A stretch of DNA of 64,000 nucleotides, taken from Malacoraja senta. Taxonomy: Eukaryota. Below are positions 63,901 through 64,000 of this stretch, piece after piece. The first letter of the stretch is position 1, and every line of letters starts with the position of its first letter. The notes under the pieces were generated by a model. It was not told the DNA's origin, did no database searches, and worked only from the letters and a program-made list of their open reading frames with translations. Location of the stretch: contig CM075977.1 of the NCBI GenBank assembly GCA_038087875.1, positions 122,822,001 to 122,886,000 on the forward strand. Direction: 5' to 3'. Made by a program: the position numbers and the translations under genes.

Positions 63901-64000
63901 CCAGCTGCAGATAAACCTTTCGAAAGTCTGAGCAAATACAAACACAGTAAGCTCTTGGTGATGGTCATTCATCACTTGGACCAAGGTTCAGCCCACTATT

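Overview
This is eukaryotic, AT-rich, repeat-dominated DNA with two assembly gaps. The repeat complement (HE1/V-SINE-like tRNA SINEs with CR1 tails, very abundant CR1 LINEs, Penelope remnants) points to a cartilaginous fish such as a skate, ray or shark; this is inference. No host protein-coding gene could be recognised, so the window looks intronic or intergenic. The main structures are two full-span, degenerate DIRS-type tyrosine-recombinase retrotransposons (6946-19994, +; 22751-29537, -), each with terminal inverted repeats and an internal complementary region, and each inserted into an older CR1. DIRS-A contains a full-length L1 (with TSD), which itself holds a second LINE, a Helitron, a Penelope-derived short element, a GC-rich SINE-like element and the 5' part of another L1. 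DIRS-B contains a PIF/Harbinger transposase-bearing element. Also present are Harbinger MITEs, a second non-autonomous Helitron, Rex1/Babar remnants and many CR1 fragments. The most notable signals are: (1) about 18 short, often palindromic Penelope-derived elements carrying a minimal hammerhead ribozyme core; (2) a Helitron carrying a correctly spaced GC-box/TATA/ETS/Inr/YY1 Pol II promoter; (3) an apparent spliceosomal intron in the 5' UTR of the DIRS elements; (4) a SINE-like family sharing a conserved hairpin but ending in different tails; (5) shared ETS/YY1-like/CRE motifs at the 5' ends of two different L1s. All family assignments come from motif recognition by eye, not from database searches.
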